Assembly: GCF_037042905.1 (NCBI RefSeq) | Contig: NC_087250.1 | Span: forward strand, 25,546,001 to 25,610,000 | DNA from: Lytechinus pictus | Taxonomy: Eukaryota | Direction: 5' to 3' | Length of the DNA stretch: 64,000 bases | Part shown: piece by piece, positions 1-13,186 of the stretch | How the letters are laid out: each line of letters begins with the position of its first letter | How positions within the stretch are numbered: position 1 is the stretch's first letter | Notes under the pieces: model-generated | Told to the model about the DNA's origin: nothing | Seen by the model: the letters and a program-made list of their open reading frames with translations, nothing else | Database searches by the model: none | Made by a program: the position numbers and the translations under genes

Positions 1-2649
1 TCCAATCCATCTTAAACGAAAACTGAGTATTTGTTTGGTGATATCAATCATTCGTAATCCACCTTGGCTATAGTCTTGTGAGAGTGTACATCTTTTTACT
101 TTTTCAACCTTAGAATTCCAAATGAAATTAAAAATTGATCTATTTAGTTTCTTGATATATATTTGCGGAGTCACATCTACTGTCATAAGATGAATTACCT
201 GACTCAAAGCAAGCGATTTTACAACGGTAATTCTTCCGAAAAAAGTTAAACATCTGCTCCTCCAGTTATCTAGGAGTTTCTGTAATTTCGACAATTTGTT
301 TTCCCAACTTATTTTGATTGAGTAGTAGAGGTCCGTGGATATAAAATACCCTAAATATTTAACAGGCTCTGTTGTCCAACTTAGATTCAAGTCAGAAAGA
401 TTCCATCTTTTACTGGTGTCCCCAATCCAAAAAAAAACAGTCTTGTCTTTATTTAATTTTGGACCTGCAATGTTTCCAAATAAATCTAATTCACTTAATA
501 TATTAAGTAAAGACGGTTCATCTTTAACAAAGAACAGAGTGTCATCGGCGTACTGTAAAAGTTTTAAGACTGAAGTGCATCCTTTAAATTCAATATTTTT
601 AATTCCATCATTTTGCCTTATTCTATTTGCCATAAATTCAGCTGCTAATATAAACAATAGTGCCGAGAGGGGGCAGCCTTGACGTATCCCTCTTTTCACA
701 GAGAATGTTTCCGAGATCCAACCATTTACAATAACCGAACTTGTGATATTAGCATAAAGAACCCTTACCCACTTCTGAAAGTAAGGTCCAAAATTCATTT
801 TTTCTAGACAACTGTTTACAAACTGCATATTAATAACATCAAACGCTTTACTGAAGTCTACCAACATGATCGCTCCAGTTTTCTTATTCTTTATTGTATA
901 GTGAATCACATCTTTTACGAGTCGTACATTATGGGCCGCCAGTCGACCTTTAACATAACCAGTTTGATTTGGGTCAACAATCCGAGATATAACTCTTTGT
1001 AATCTGTGGGCTAACACAGCTGCTATGACTTTATAATCACTATTTAAAAGTGTAATGGGTCTCCAATTCTTTAAATTAAGTCTGTCTCCTTTTTTATATA
1101 AAAGTGTAATGAGACCTTTCCTCTGAGTGTTTGACATGGTTCCATTACTATAACATTCATTCAGTGCTTCAACAAGCATATGACTAACGTCGGACCAAAA
1201 CACCTGATAAAATTCGACGGGAAATCCATCACAGCCGGGAGCTTTATTCTTTTGCATGGAGAAAATCGCACGCTTACATTCCGAAACTGTCAACAAACCT
1301 TCACAAGAATTTTTATCATTATCATTCAGATACGGTACATTTTGTGATTGTACATATTCTTCAAAACTATCATCATTTATATTTTCATCAGTATATAAAA
1401 TACTATAAAATTTCATTGTTTCTTTTAAAATATCATTTTCTTTATTGAGTATTCTTTTCCCATCTACTGATCTTATTTGGTTTATACCTTTCCGAGAAAC
1501 GTTTCTTTTTTCCAAACTTAAGAAATACTTTGAGCTTCTTTCGCCTTCTTCCATCCATCTTACTCTTGCTCGAATACCTGCACCTTTTGATTCAAATTTA
1601 TAAATAGTTTCGAGTTCTTCTTTTACTGATTTATAATTCATTTCTGTTTCAATATCATTCTTTTTTTCATCAATCTGTTTTCCAAGAAAATCCATTCTTT
1701 CCTGTAAAAAATCTTTTCTCTCCTTTTTCCTTTCCTTATTTTTACTGCAAAATTTTTGTGTAAATTCACGAACCATTATTTTCAATAGTTCCCATTTTTC
1801 GGAAGAAGTAAAATCTTTAGTTTGAACCTTACATTTAATATTACGAACGTTGTCTTGATAGTTTTCATCTTTCAAAATACTAGTGTTCATTTTCCAATAA
1901 CCAGGACCTTTATTGTTGTTTTTAATTTTGATCCTAAGCGATATTGCGTTATGGTCGGCTCTTATTGCCGGTCTAATATCTGATTTTATTACTCTGGGCT
2001 GTACATTTTTGTTTACAAGCCAATAATCTAGTCTTGATGCGATTCGTAGAGATTGGTTTCTCCATGTAAATTGCCTGCATAATGGGTTCATTCTTCTCCA
2101 GATATCACAAAGGGAATATTGTTTTAACAGTTTACAAAAATTTCGTGGTTTTTTATAAAATTTACTGTAGGTACCTTGAACATCACGAGCATTTAATACA
2201 CAATTCCAGTCTCCACCTAAGATGAGATTAGAATCTGAATAATTCACACCATTCCTAGTAAGAAAAAGTTGTAAGTTTCTAAAAAATCTCTCCTTATTCT
2301 TTTTTGATGTAGGTCCATATATGTTAACAAGAGAATAGTGCATAGTATCAATAACAATTTTCAGAAGCAACATTCTCCCATAATTATTCTGTTTTACAGA
2401 AATAACATCAACATCAAATTTTTGATTAAAAAGAACTGCAATTCCTGATGAATGATTCGATCCATGTGAAAAGTAACATGGTCCTTGCCATTCATTTCTG
2501 ATTAAATTCTCTATATCAGTTGTCCAATATGTTTCTTGTAGAAAGATTATATCAGCTTTTTGTCGTTGGAACCATCGGAATATCTGTCTTCTCTTTTCTT
2601 TATTTCTAAGTCCGCGGACATTAAGACTGATCAAATGACAGACTGACAT
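1..2649 (-). CDS. L1/Tx1-type LINE ORF2 (APE endonuclease + reverse transcriptase), runs off the window's left edge
   Basis: The ATG at 2649 gives MSVCHLISLNVRGLRNKEKRRQIFRWFQRQKADIIFLQET. RT motifs GIRQGCPLSA (about 661-690) and QYADD (555-541) are present, and QYADD is in frame with the ATG. The ORF is absent from the ORF track, consistent with no stop before the window edge. Confidence 0.9.
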   Translation of the reverse strand, partial: MSVCHLISLNVRGLRNKEKRRQIFRWFQRQKADIIFLQETYWTTDIENLIRNEWQGPCYFSHGSNHSSGIAVLFNQKFDVDVISVKQNNYGRMLLLKIVIDTMHYSLVNIYGPTSKKNKERFFRNLQLFLTRNGVNYSDSNLILGGDWNCVLNARDVQGTYSKFYKKPRNFCKLLKQYSLCDIWRRMNPLCRQFTWRNQSLRIASRLDYWLVNKNVQPRVIKSDIRPAIRADHNAISLRIKIKNNNKGPGYWKMNTSILKDENYQDNVRNIKCKVQTKDFTSSEKWELLKIMVREFTQKFCSKNKERKKERKDFLQERMDFLGKQIDEKKNDIETEMNYKSVKEELETIYKFESKGAGIRARVRWMEEGERSSKYFLSLEKRNVSRKGINQIRSVDGKRILNKENDILKETMKFYSILYTDENINDDSFEEYVQSQNVPYLNDNDKNSCEGLLTVSECKRAIFSMQKNKAPGCDGFPVEFYQVFWSDVSHMLVEALNECYSNGTMSNTQRKGLITLLYKKGDRLNLKNWRPITLLNSDYKVIAAVLAHRLQRVISRIVDPNQTGYVKGRLAAHNVRLVKDVIHYTIKNKKTGAIMLVDFSKAFDVINMQFVNSCLEKMNFGPYFQKWVRVLYANITSSVIVNGWISETFSVKRGIRQGCPLSALLFILAAEFMANRIRQNDGIKNIEFKGCTSVLKLLQYADDTLFFVKDEPSLLNILSELDLFGNIAGPKLNKDKTVFFWIGDTSKRWNLSDLNLSWTTEPVKYLGYFISTDLYYSIKISWENKLSKLQKLLDNWRSRCLTFFGRITVVKSLALSQVIHLMTVDVTPQIYIKKLNRSIFNFIWNSKVEKVKRCTLSQDYSQGGLRMIDITKQILSFRLRWIG

Positions 2650-2692
2650 CGGAAAAATGGATGTAGATGTATAAAATCGTATTCAGATATGC

Positions 2693-3250
2693 TCATTTCT
2701 TTTTTGATTGTTTTTTTATTCCTTTCTGCTTCCTTTTTTGACTATTGACGCTTCCAGATCTTAAACGAGGTCGAACAAACTCTGGTGACTCAGCTGAGAC
2801 ATCAGAGAAAGGAGAATCAGCATGACCATTAGCGTGATGTTGACTTTGCACTGGTGTATCGCTGTAAGAAACTCCAGAAGCTTGGTCTTGTAGAAGCGGC
2901 GAATTGTTGCTGAAAAGATCTTGTTGCGGGTTGCGTGTAGCGGAGATGAAACGTGTTATCTTCGATTGTGATGTTGTATCGCTTGACGCTCGATCGCGAA
3001 TACGGGTGGGTCTTGACGGTTCGCTCTCATCATCCCCGTCGTTGCTAGAATCGTCGTTCGAAGATTGCGACTCGAAGGTGGGAACCACATTTTCCGTGAC
3101 CTTGCTAACTGCTTCTCGTTCTTTCTGCAAGAATGTCGTGATCATGCTTTGTTGCGCTACATTTGGCGGTTGATTTCGTTTGGTAGATGGTGATGAGGCA
3201 TCCTGTATTCCGGGTTGAGCGGTGTCGTCACGTGAAGCTACTTTGATTCA
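2693..3250 (-). pseudogene. C-terminal remnant of ORF1 of the same LINE (probably 5'-truncated)
   Basis: Low-complexity ORF with a basic C-terminus that ends about 45 bp upstream of the ORF2 ATG. The frame is open upstream to a TGA near 3250. Confidence 0.55.
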
Positions 3251-3554
3251 TAGTTTAACCTGGATAATAAAAATAATACTAGTGATATTTTATGAAGCGC
3301 GCGCACCGTCCAGAGACGCTCATGACGCTAGGCCAGCAACAGTTCCTTTAGATAGCAAATATTATATACACGTACATTACAAATAGCTACTTAGATATAA
3401 ATAGAAATTTTGAGTCACTACAAGTACCATCCTGGACATTCCCACCTACATCCTTGTAAATGATAACCAAAAAAAAATAACTGATCATTCTGTAATAAAA
3501 GTAATTTTCTTTATTTCCACATCATGATGGAATAAGATGAATAAATATGGATGT

Positions 3555-3800
3555 CACTGGCGGATCCAGGGGGCACAGCCGGCCCGTGCCCACCCCCCCC
3601 CCCCTGAGAGGTACAATTAAAGTTTTAGCAAATATGCGGTTCTTACTCAAGTGTGCCCCCTTTTTAAAGCGAGGACTTTTTTGCTTGCTATTTTTTTGTG
3701 GACGAATTACCTAAGTTGTAGTAGGAAAACTTTTTTGCGGGTCATTTTTCAGGAGAATGTCCCCCCCCCCCGCCTTTGGAAAATCCTGGATCCGCCCCTG
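3555..3800. mobile_element. MITE, CA(C/G)(T/G)GGCGGATCC family
   Basis: TIRs CACTGGCGGATCCAGG ... CCTGGATCCGCCCCTG. A related copy lies at 60255-60431. Confidence 0.75.
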
Positions 3801-4687
3801 ATTAATGTGATACGTATAATTAAATGTAAATGATACAATTATTGTTCAGTCTTTAGAACAATACCTCATTGCAGCTAGTCCAAGTAGATATCAGGTTCCC
3901 AAACTAGTGTATATGGTAACTGTACCACATGAATTTTGAAACGTGTAGCGAATTAGGGACTCAAAATTAATGGGTGTTTCTTATATAGGTACCATTCTCT
4001 GGGGGCTGTTTTGAAGAGGTAGTTCTCCCTAATGAATAATAAGAATAGCAGAAAATATATTGGTGAAGGTCTGAGGAAAATCAATCAAAGGTCAAGAAAG
4101 TTATTAGAAGTTTAAGTTTTAGTACGTGACGTCATATATGGGAAGCGGTCCCATGACATTTTATGCACTATAAAATGGTTCATAATTGTTAAAAAAATAT
4201 TTCATGGGCATGGGTGAATGATTTGTCTCTTGATATATACTAAAGGTAAAATAAAAACCTATTTGATTTTTTCTAGAAAATTACATTTCACTAGTTTTGT
4301 TTTACACCAAATATTGGATGGATTTCCAAAAATTCTCACCAATATAAATTTTTTTTTGCTATTATACAATGAATTTTATGTGAGGTTGACCTTCCCCCTT
4401 AATGAATTAAGGACAATTGCGATCTAAAGTATGCCTCAAATTTGAATATTAGTACAGCGATTTGACATGAGAAGGCCGTTCATGAGATTCCAGAAAAATA
4501 AGATATTCCAACCAAAAGATTATCAATTTGGTACAGACGATCAATCTATGATTTTAAAAATGTTACCCTTTCCATTATTTTTATTTTCTTAGAACCTTTC
4601 TTAGTTAATCTATGTAGGGCTAACATGCGAGGGCTTTTTGATATTTTTTTGCATGGGGGTTTAAGACCAATTTTACCTATACCATTA

Positions 4688-4805
4688 TGACCTTTGCCAT
4701 TATTACATCTGCCATTATTACCTCTGCCATTTTTACCTCTGCATTTTTTACATCTGCCATTATTACATCTGTCATTTTTACCTCTGCAATTCTTACACAG
4801 AGCCA
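4688..4805. repeat. 15-bp tandem repeat (TCTGCCATTWTTACM), possible orphan foldback arm
   Basis: About 7 degenerate 15-bp units, ending ...CACAGAGCC. Confidence 0.7.
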
Positions 4806-5265
4806 CCCACCCATCCCCCCCCCCCAGGTTCAATGCCAAAGATTCATTTTTGATAATTTGATAAACTGTCCGACCTTCTTCATCCGTAAAAAAATGGGTT
4901 TGATCAAGGATGTCACATTCGATCAGAAGTTTGCGCAGATAATACATTGGTGATTTATAAAACGGATGCTGAGGGCGCCCTTCGATTGAGGTTGACGGAG
5001 TTTTTACTTTTGCTCTGGGAATGAATGTTTATTTCATCTTTTTTATACTTTACATCAGTCATATGTTGCCAAACTTTAATATTTGCGATTTTGGATGTTG
5101 ATATTAACTACTTCTTTTGGCTAAATGGACATTGCATATCTGGTAAGACTATAATTGACTCGATTTTGAACGTACGTTATCAATCCACATTGAGCCTTCG
5201 TAATGAGGTTATAACCGTTATGCTCTGTAATGATACTTTGTCCAGTGTCCACTCTCTTATAGAGA

Positions 5266-6284
5266 ATGGCTAAATCAAAACTCTCAAAACCCAAAACCAA
5301 TGTCGGATATGGAACTCCGGGTTCGAATTACTTTAAGTGCAAACTGCCTAAAAACGTTACTTTACAAGGGATCGACATAGCCCTATATCATATTCAGAAA
5401 AATCATCTTGATCAAGATGATCATATTGACTATGTAGTGAATGACTTATACTCTTTCTACCCAAACTTGAGCAGAAATATTTGCCGTCATTATTGTATTT
5501 CATCAGTGAACAATAGTGAGAATATTAGATCAGATGTAGGAACTGAGAATGACATTTCTGACTTGAACGATGAAGATCAAGATAGTTTGATTTCGATTCA
5601 AAATGGCGCTGACATGGCTGATGATCAAGATGTCCCTCTTCTTGCTACTTCTAATTTGAATATCAATGACAACTCCCCTAATGAATCAGATCACCTTCAT
5701 GAAGTACCCGACAATCCTATGGACAATGAAGTCCTAAGTCAACCTCGACAGGTATCTCCTGATAACATTGATGTACCTAATCAACTTGAAAATAGAGTCC
5801 GGGATTTGGAATCCTCTGTAAACCACCTCCGAGCCCAGTTGCATTCAGTACAAGGGAGGATCGATCAATCTACAAACAATAGTCAACTGCCGAATACTGC
5901 CATTCATGAAACCATTGAGAATTGTGCTAGCCAATTGGAACCACTAAGATAAAAAATTAATGAATACAGACGCAGGCAAAGTCAACGGTACAATGTCAAT
6001 AAGCCCTTGACAAAAACCTGCCTAATTATTGGCGATTCGATGTTGAAAAAAAAAATTGTCCCTCATAAGATGTCACGGACGCAAAGAATTCATTGTCACA
6101 CTTTGTCGGGAGCAAAGATTGATGATGTTATTGAATACTCCTCTTCAGTGCTTCGATCGAATATGCCGGATAGCGTGATCATTCATGAAGGAACCAACAA
6201 CATTGAGAGTGATCACCCCTTGGAAATAGGTGCTAAGATGTCCTCATTGATTGACGAAATCATCAACATCGCTCCAACAGTGAA
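5266..6284 (+). pseudogene. CR1/L2 ORF1 N-terminal part (coiled coil + first half of SGNH esterase)
   Basis: Coiled-coil LENRVRDLESSVNHLRAQL, then IIGDSM (block I) and HEGTNN (block III). One in-frame TAA at 5950-5952. Confidence 0.8.
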
Positions 6285-7337
6285 GGATTCAGATTTAGAT
6301 TCAGATTCATTTATTATTGATTCATGATAAAATACATAGAAATTTGGCCTCCACTGGCTGTACATACAAATGATATAAAATATACAAACACAACGACATA
6401 TACATTGGGCGAATATATTGAAAGAAAATATACATAAACAATTCAAACAGATATTGCAATACAACATAGAAGGGAAATGTCAAATAATTTACCCATCAAA
6501 GACAAAGAGTGAGAAACGGCTGAGAGTTAACTAAGAGATAGATGGAAAAGGCCATGCAAGCAAGAAGAGAAAGAATAAACAAAGGTGGACACAGTGGAGA
6601 AAGTAAGTGAGCGAAGAAGATAGAGTAGTCCATTATAAATTTTTCATACCTGGAAAAGTAGTTAAGTACAAGGTTTTTTTGTTGATTTGTGTTCTAGATG
6701 GGTATTGAAGTAAATTCAGCTTGGTTGCCGCCTTGGCAACTTTGAGCAATTTTTTTTAAATTAGCCTTATTAGCATAATCATCTAATTAGCATATAATGA
6801 TATGTAATATGCTACTTCTCTTAAACCAGAAAGATTGAAAACATAAATAATATCATTTTACTAAGAGGTCCTTTGACGAGGAATCGATTCATATCAATAA
6901 GTTGAATATTTAAGTTATGCAATTATCGTAATCAGCCTAATTAGCATAATGAGCTAATTAGCATAAGTGTTATCTATACGTATTTGTGGATGTCTATCTA
7001 AAAAATGCCCAATACGTAGATAATGCATCCCTTTTAGGGTTTTCTATAGCGAGGAATTCATTTATGAAATCATTTTTCAATTTTAACCAATGTAATTGTT
7101 GTAATGAGCATAATTAGCATAATGCCCTAATTAACATATTTGTAATAAATATATTTCTATGTCAAAGTACTGTCTACATCGGCCTGAAAACATAAATAAT
7201 GCAGCTCTTCCAATGTTTTCTATGTTGATGAATTCATTTATGACAGTAGTTTTCCATTTTAACCAATGTCAATGCCTTAATTAGAATTACTGGCTCAATG
7301 CACTAATTAACTTCTATGTGCAATATATTAAGTATAG

Positions 7338-8405
7338 CAGTCAGTCCGCAAGCCCCTGTGTTAATGAGCAAATGAGCAAGATTTATCCAAGTCCTCTCGT
7401 GGCTGAATTCATGTCCCTGCAAAATCTCGTGAATTGTGAGACTTTCTTTCTCAAAGAATTTAACCACTTTCTCTTTGAGTAATATTGATTACTTTTGTAC
7501 CATGGGCAAGAGTAAATGTTACTCTTTTTTATTGGTCATTTCTTTTGAATGAAATATTTTGATAAATAAGTGAATTTTTTACCTGAAAAGATGCATTAAA
7601 CATAATTTTCTTCCTCTGTTTTCACTTGCAAATTGTGCAACATTTTGTGTTTTAGGCACCAACATTATTTATATCATCAGAAAGCTCAAACTCTATACTT
7701 TCTTACAATGTCACTCTTGATATGTGGCATCTTTTAGATGGGTCAGCAGCCAGCTTTGTCCATTAAGATGCAAGACGAGATTTCTAAAATTTCTGAGTAA
7801 CATAAAATCCAGAGTGCTGATTGGCTGAATACTGTTTTCAAAACAAACAGGCGCGGGTATTTTGAAGAGATTACCACATGGTGAGTGTGACCTTGCAGAG
7901 GCCCAGTGTGGGGAACATTGGAATTTGCGTGGGTGTGTGGTCTCTATGACCAATCAGAGCGCAGTATTCTTGTTTTTGAGCTGCAAAATGTACTTGGCCT
8001 ATGAAAAGCTGGCTGCTGACCCATCTAATATACATCTTCTTATAAAAAATATATCATATTAAAGCTTAGATCTTCAGCTTTATCATGATCTAAAAATCAT
8101 TTATGCCCAAACAGAAATTAAGTGTGAAAACAACAACTTTTGTTGCATGAAAAAAATATTTTGTTTCATGTTCTAGATCAAAAGCTTTTCCTATATTACA
8201 ACATTCTTTTAAAAATCCAAACACATGACCTAAAAGAATGTTTCTTCTTCTTTACAAAGATACCAAAAACATGAAATTTGGTCAATATTTAGAGCAGCAA
8301 TGGCCGAATAAAAAGAGGTGTTTTGGTTCGCACCAAGCTCATTAACTAGTCATGAATATCTCTTGGATAAAAGGAGCTACTTTTTCAGGGCTTGCGGACT
8401 GACTG
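7338..8405. mobile_element. MITE with 4-bp TSD
   Basis: TIR CAGTCAGTCCGCAAGCCC / GGGCTTGCGGACTGACTG, with ATAG on both sides. Confidence 0.85.
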
Positions 8406-8408
8406 ATA

Positions 8409-10087
8409 GGGGAGACTGGGGTTAGTTGGAACATGTGGTAAGTTGAAACATTGTAATTTTCTTTAACGTCTTTAAATACATTTCTGCAATACTGCCCTCA
8501 CGTTATTGTCATTATCAACAGCCATCCACCATATTACAGACAACACATGTGCAACAAGCCTGGTGAAGTTAGAAACATTTTTTTTTTACCTTCTGAGTAA
8601 ATTTTTTCTCGTTCAGAAATGTTTGATTATCTCAGAGAAGTTTATAGATCAAGTTGGCCAGTTTGGGGTATAATAGACACTTATACCAAGCTACAAAATG
8701 AGGTTATCAATATGCCATGGTGAAGTCCCTTTTTTGTGCTGTAAGCTTATAAATGTCAAATGGGCCTCCGGGGTTAGTTGGAACAAAATTGAAGGGGCTA
8801 ACTTACCCCAAACATAATTATGAATGAAAACATTGGATATGAGAAAAAAACAAAGTATTTCACACTCTTCTGAACATGTATTGTATACCATGCTTGTTTC
8901 GTTTATCAGTTAGGTCTGAGTGTGCATTTAAGGCCTATTGTAGGCACCTAATGCAATGTTAACCCTTATCAAAATGGGGGGGGGGGTCGATTTGAGCCCC
9001 CCCCCCTCAAAAAATAAAGTCACTACGCCGTCGCATGAAATTGTTTTACTACACTGCTAGCTGACTTTTTACTGTCAACTCTTGCGCATCATTTGAGACC
9101 AAATTTGCGATGCCTGTGTGAGCGGTTTCAAAATTATGCAACAAATTGTATGTGCATGTTCGGACCCAAAATTGTTCAAAAACGTGATTCCATGTACAAG
9201 GTCAATGTAAATTGTGTTTTTCAACCAAAATTCAAAAATGTATGATTATTGTTTTTACTTTTGCTGGTTCAAATAGATTCATTTTATGCTATTTATGATC
9301 GCAAAAGACTCCTGACAAAGTCCATCGGAAAAAACAAACTTCGAAAAAAAACTAAAATACAAATAAAAAACAAAAAATACATAAATAATTATATTTTTGG
9401 CATTTTTTGGTGGATATTTGTTATAAATGTGAAAATGTATACCCTCATCAAAAATTTGCATTCTACTAGCTTAATAAATAGAGTTAAAGGCAAAAACATA
9501 CCCCAAAAAAATCGGGAAAATTTAATATGCTTATTTGCATAGTTAATTATAAAAAAATATAAACAATCAATTTTTGTCTTAAAATTTTGATGCAGAAGTA
9601 CATGAAATTGCTGACAGTACACTTAATTTCATGTAAACTCAACGCACCCAAATATGCGGAATTCTACTACACAGTCTGCTTGCGTGAGTGGCTGTATAAT
9701 AGAAAACATAAAGTTCAACGAATCCACGCTTTAATATTTTGAACTTGAATAAGATAAAGGAAATAGGCTAAAACCATGTAATAGTACAGTTCTAAGTAGT
9801 TTTAGTATAATTCTTAATTGACCATGCAGTGTTCCAACTTACCCCATACCATGTTCCAACTTACCCCGATATGGGGGTAAGATATGGGGGTAAGTTGGAA
9901 CGTTTGCGATGGTCTTGTTCAAGGTGGATTTTTCCAGTAAGCATAATAGAGTTAAAAATGTTATGGGGTACATTTGAAGCCCTGAGATATATGCTTCAAG
10001 CTAATATATTAATTGCTAATCGATAAAATCTATTTGGATTTTACAGCCATTTTTGTCAAAAATGTTCCAACTAACCCCGGTCTCCCC
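8409..10087. mobile_element. Tc1/mariner/pogo-type MITE
   Basis: TIR GGGGAGACYGGGGTTAGTTGGAACA, flanked by TA. Internal copies of GTTGGAACA. Confidence 0.85.
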
Positions 10088-10215
10088 TATATTCCTATGT
10101 TAGTTTATAATATCGAGACTGTCTGAAAATATGAAAAATACAGCTATTCTATGGTTAGTGTTAATTAAAATATAGGTGCAAACCGTGCAATACATATATT
10201 TCGTGGTCACTGTAG

Positions 10216-12618
10216 TTATTGTCTCGCCTGCATAGCAGAGCAAGACTATAGGCGCCGCTTTTCCAATGGCGGCGGCGACGGCAGCGTCGTAAACACTGAA
10301 ATCTTATAAACCACACTATGCCAATGTCATCATAACTTGGAAAGTATATGAACCTAGGTCATACTTGATACTTGATGCAATAATTCCTCTTGCAGCTCCA
10401 AAAAGCTAAACTGGAATGAACTTTGCAATATGTCGTGAAAGATTGGTGTCGTAGTGAAGATCTCTATTTTACAATAAAAGGAGAGTGCGATGTGCAAGTA
10501 AAAACCTGGATACATCTTAAAGAACAAGAGATCCGGTTGGAGGCTGCAGATTTCTAATGATGGGAAGTGCAGCCTCTTTGAATGCTGGTAGACCTGTTTT
10601 GTATACAACTTCGCCAGGCAGGTGGTTCCATATTCGGATCGTCCTTGGGAAGAAGGAGTATTTGAAGGAATCAATTGACGATTTTGGCACAGCAGATTTT
10701 CAGTGTATGGTCCTTCCTTGCAAGATATGTTGCCGGAGTGACTATAGCTGGCATTGGCATGCTGACCAGTCTGTAGTGAATCTTGAAAAGAAGAGAGCAT
10801 TGGTCCAGGAGTCGCCGATGATGTAGCGTGTCCCATCCGTGAGCAGACAACAGGTGTGAGGATGACGTAGACCACCTGTAGTCATGGGCAACAAACCGAG
10901 CTGCTGTCCTTTGCACTTGCTCAAGGTTTCTGATGGCAGTCAAGGTGTAGGGATTTCATGCCTCTGAGGCGTATTCAAGCTGGGGTCGAACCAGGGCTGT
11001 GTAAGCTCTCGACTTCACTTCTCTTGAGCATGGCGAAAGAGTTCGGCGGATAAGTCCTAGGGTCTTGCTGGCTTTTTGCCTGATATTTTGGCAATGTGTA
11101 TTCCAGCGAAGATCTGGTGTTACAGTTACTCCCAGGTACTTATACTCCGACACTCTTGGGACAATATCATCCTGGATGTGATATTGGTAGATCCTTGGAC
11201 TGCTTTTTCGAGTAAGAGACATCACACCACATTTTCTAACGTTATAGTGCATGAGCCAAGTTGATGACCATGAAGTTAAAGTATGAAGGTCCTGTTGCAA
11301 AGCATTATAGTCAGAGTCTGATAAAAATTTCACGAAAGATTACACAATCATCAGCAAAGAGACGTATGGATGATGAAATGTCATCTTCAATGTCATTGAT
11401 ATAGAGTAGGAAGAGAGTAGGGCCGATAGCTGAACCCAGCGGTACTCCTGATGAGACCTCCTTCCATGATGATTGACTCCCATCAACAACGGCTGACTGT
11501 GACCTTCCAATAAAAAAGCACGGACCCAGTTGAGAAAATCCCTAGAAATGCCATAATATTGTAGTTTGATGGAAAGACGCTCATGCGGTACTCTGTCGAA
11601 GGCTTTCTGGAAATCCAGAAATACAGCATCAGACTGACTACGACTTTGAAGTGTTTGAGACCACTCATGGACCACCGAGGTAAGTTGTGTTACAGTTGAT
11701 AACCCTTGTCGAAAACCGTGTTGTGCATCAGCAAGAATGTTATTTACTGCAATGTGCTTTGAGATGTGGCTCAGAACGATATGTTCCATGATTTTGCAGG
11801 AGATACAAGTCAAGGAAATTGGCCTGTAGTTGGATGGGTCACTTTTTCCCCTGACTTATGGATCGATATATTATATGAAACTGGGACATAAAGGTAATCA
11901 AGTATTACTGAACATCTTGCCTTAGTTTCAGGTCACATAACTAAGGTTAAAGGTCATTTAGGGCCAATGAACTAAGATCTTGTTGGGGGAATACATATCG
12001 AAATCTTAACCAAGGATAAGTTTTTGAAATGTTGTCATAACCTAGAAAGTGTATGAACCTAGTTTACGAAACTTAAACATGAGGGTAATCAAGTAATACT
12101 AAACATCCTGTCTGAGTTTCAGGTCACATGACCAAGGTCAAAGGTCACTTAGCGGCAATGAACATTGGCCGTGTTGGGGGTATTTGTGGAATTGTCATCA
12201 TAACTTTAAAAGTTTATGGATCCACATGTAGTTCATGAAACTTGGACATTGAGTGCAACCATGTACGCCTATCCCTGTATATCTTTTGCGCATGTCAGGT
12301 CAAATGACCAAGATCAAAGGTAATGTAAGGTCAATGAACTTCGGCCATGTTAGTGGTATTTTTTAACTTGGCATCATAACTTAAAAAGTTTATGGATCTA
12401 GTTCATGAAACATAAACACATGGGTAAACAAGGATGAAGGAATGTTTTGCACTCGTGTTAGGTCACTTGACCATCGTCAAAGACCATTTTGGATCAATGG
12501 AAATCATATTAATTTTTCTTATGTGAATATTTTATGCAATAGCTGTTTTCAAAGTCAAAACTGCTGCTATATCAAATCGCGTAATGCATGCGAGACTGCC
12601 AGAGGCGTTCCACTTTGA
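10216..12618 (+). mobile_element. HINE / DINE-1-like (Helentron-associated) non-autonomous element
   Basis: 5' subTIR GTCTCGCCTGCA with a nearby inverted copy, a (GGC)n tract, internal repeats with AGGTCAAAGGTCA, and 3' subTIR TGCATGCGAGAC (12585-12596) followed by a short hairpin. Confidence 0.7.
10360..11850 (-). pseudogene. 5'-truncated CR1-group LINE RT fragment nested in the HINE
   Basis: Motifs QHGFRQG, DFQKAFDRVPH, LFADD, LVRPQLEYAS, LEQVQRTAARFV, with frameshifts. (CAAGTAT)n tail near 10361-10376. Confidence 0.85.
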
Positions 12619-13133
12619 TTAGCTCATCATGCTAATTAAGCTAATTACAGCATTAACATAGTGTAAAGTGAAATATGATATCATAAATGAATTCCTCGTC
12701 ATAAAAATTATGAAATAGCTGTATTATTCATATTTTCTGGCATTTTTTGAAATATAGAATGACAAAGGAATATATATTTATATGTTATTATATTGTTAAT
12801 TATTTTAATTAGCGCAGTATACTGATTACGCTAATTACACAATCACATTTGTTAAATGGGGAAAATAATGTCACTAAAGAATTCTTCATCCTAGAAAACC
12901 ATAGGATAGCTGTAATTATTTATGTTTTCAGGCTTTCTCAATATAAAATGACAGAGGAATATATATGTATTGCACATATTATGTTAATTAGCGCAATATG
13001 TTAATTACGCTAATTAAAACAATAACATTTGTTAAATGGGAAAAACAATTTCACAAAAGAATTCTTCATAGAATAATACCATAGGATAGCTGTATTATTT
13101 ATGTTTTTAGGCTGTTGTAGTACTTTGACAAAT

Positions 13134-13186
<53 letters not shown>

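Noticed and set aside
4546..4953. Cys/Gly/Asn-rich and TSAII-repeat ORFs
   Set aside because: They are products of the 15-bp tandem repeat.
8959..9487. TTAA-flanked piggyBac-like MITE
   Set aside because: The TIR match is weak. It is probably a real remnant but the boundaries cannot be fixed.
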